Positions 33,521 to 34,706 of a stretch of 34,706 nt of DNA are shown piece after piece. Positions within the stretch are counted from its first letter, which is position 1, and every line of letters begins with the position of its first letter. Both the position numbers and the translations under genes were made by a program. The stretch covers positions 12,738,726-12,773,431 of the forward strand of contig NC_069005.1 of NCBI RefSeq assembly GCF_001194135.2, in the 5' to 3' direction. This DNA is from Octopus bimaculoides. Its lineage: Eukaryota. The notes under the pieces were generated by a model. It was not told the DNA's origin. It searched no databases and saw only the letters and a list, made by a program, of their open reading frames with translations.

Positions 33521-34039
33521 AACACCGGCTGTGAGTGTTCTTTACTTTCGCCAAAAAATGTATATTTCCTAGATTCGTAATCTCTGTATTTTTCCACGTG
33601 GTTTAAAAAGAAAATTCGAAAGACAGTTAAGAATTAGGAAATTTCGATGGGGAGCGGGAAAATTATAGTTTTGAAAACGTGATTTCTGGACGAAATCATA
33701 TTAACCCTTTTTTATTCGATGAAACAGTGCATAGCTTTTGGTCTTTCTTGAAAACATAAATCACTCCCTTCACTTCTGAACAAACAATAACTTCCATTAC
33801 GCCAGTATCTCCACTACACTATATATCAGCTAACAGAATGCATTACGCTTATCAACACAGAACATAGCCAAATCAATCAAAATTTATCGCTTCTTCTCAT
33901 AATAACAGTATATAAATTGACATATGAAGTTTTCCACATCTCTTCATTCGTTACTAAAAAATAAAATTATACAATGCACAACTTCAAATTGTTATGTCTT
34001 CCATCATATATGTTCTTTAATCATTCGTTCTTTTCAGCC

Positions 34040-34590
34040 ATGCCACCAAACCGAAGACGTTCTCATTTATCTCCACAAACAAGGGCCGGAAAAGAAAACT
34101 GCTTCTATTCATGCTCAAGAAAACTCACTTCAGCGATGCCCAAATGTGCAATATTTCAAAACTATCAGCGACGGCGCAAGTTCTGCTCCAAACTACACTT
34201 ATTGTCTGGGATAAATGCACGATGGCACACCGTGCTGCACATGAAGCCTTAAATAGGTCACTAAGTGTTATTAGAAACAATACTGCCATTATGGGGGTGG
34301 GTTAACTGTTGTTTGTGCAGGGGATTTCCAGTCATACCACAGGGTACGCAAGCAGACGAGATGTATGCGTGTTTGAAGTCTTCATCACCATGGAGGTTTG
34401 TTCGTCAGCTTTCATTAAGCAAGAATATGGGAGCTCATCCCTACAACGAACCCTTAGCTGAGGAATTCTCTTGTCAAATTCTACAACTTGGAAATGGCGC
34501 CTTACCCTTGAATAACACCCTGATATAACATTACTACAATGTGGGCACATGGTATTTGATGAGAATACAATCACATTCGAAAATCGATTC
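34040..34590 (+). mobile_element. Helitron Rep-Hel remnant (PIF1-family helicase fragment), frameshifted
   Basis: CNISKLSATAQVLLQTTLIVWDKCTMAHRAAHEALNRSL (motif II, DE changed to DK), LTVVCAGDF, then PVIPQGTQADEMYACLKSS...LSLSKNM...ILQLGNG, over three frames. No Walker A or HUH motif seen. Confidence 0.88.
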
Positions 34591-34643
34591 TTTTTGTCCA
34601 TCATTTCTTCATTCTACGGAGAATCTGCTTGATTAGCTCTCAG

Positions 34644-34644
<1 letters not shown>

Positions 34645-34706
<62 letters not shown>
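34645..34706. repeat. (ACAT)n/(CA)n microsatellite to the window end
   Basis: Directly visible. Confidence 0.95.

Overview
An AT-rich, microsatellite-saturated animal genomic window from a gapped assembly; nearly every N-gap is flanked by a simple repeat. The repeat families look like those of Octopus/cephalopods (inference from recalled repeats, not searched). Almost all ORF-track entries are simple-repeat or N artefacts. The main hidden feature is a plus-strand multi-exon protein-coding gene candidate that the ORF track misses: seven small AG/GT-bounded exons between 8123 and about 30522 whose splice phases chain into one reading frame. Its product is not recognisable to me, and the first exon appears to carry a 1-nt frameshift, most simply in an A6 run. 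The introns and flanks hold decayed mobile DNA: three tRNA-derived SINE families (about 16 copies), a stack of three R4/Dong-like retrotransposon 3' ends separated by (TAA)n tracts, two RTE LINE remnants, a mariner remnant and a mariner MITE, a hAT MITE with a perfect 8-bp TSD, a decayed hAT transposase, and a Helitron PIF1-helicase remnant. There are also two minisatellites derived from SINE sequence, a 190-bp foldback and an interstitial telomere-like tract inside an inverted repeat. I see no rRNA, tRNA or CRISPR features, and no clearly novel biological system. The unannotated-looking gene is the best lead.
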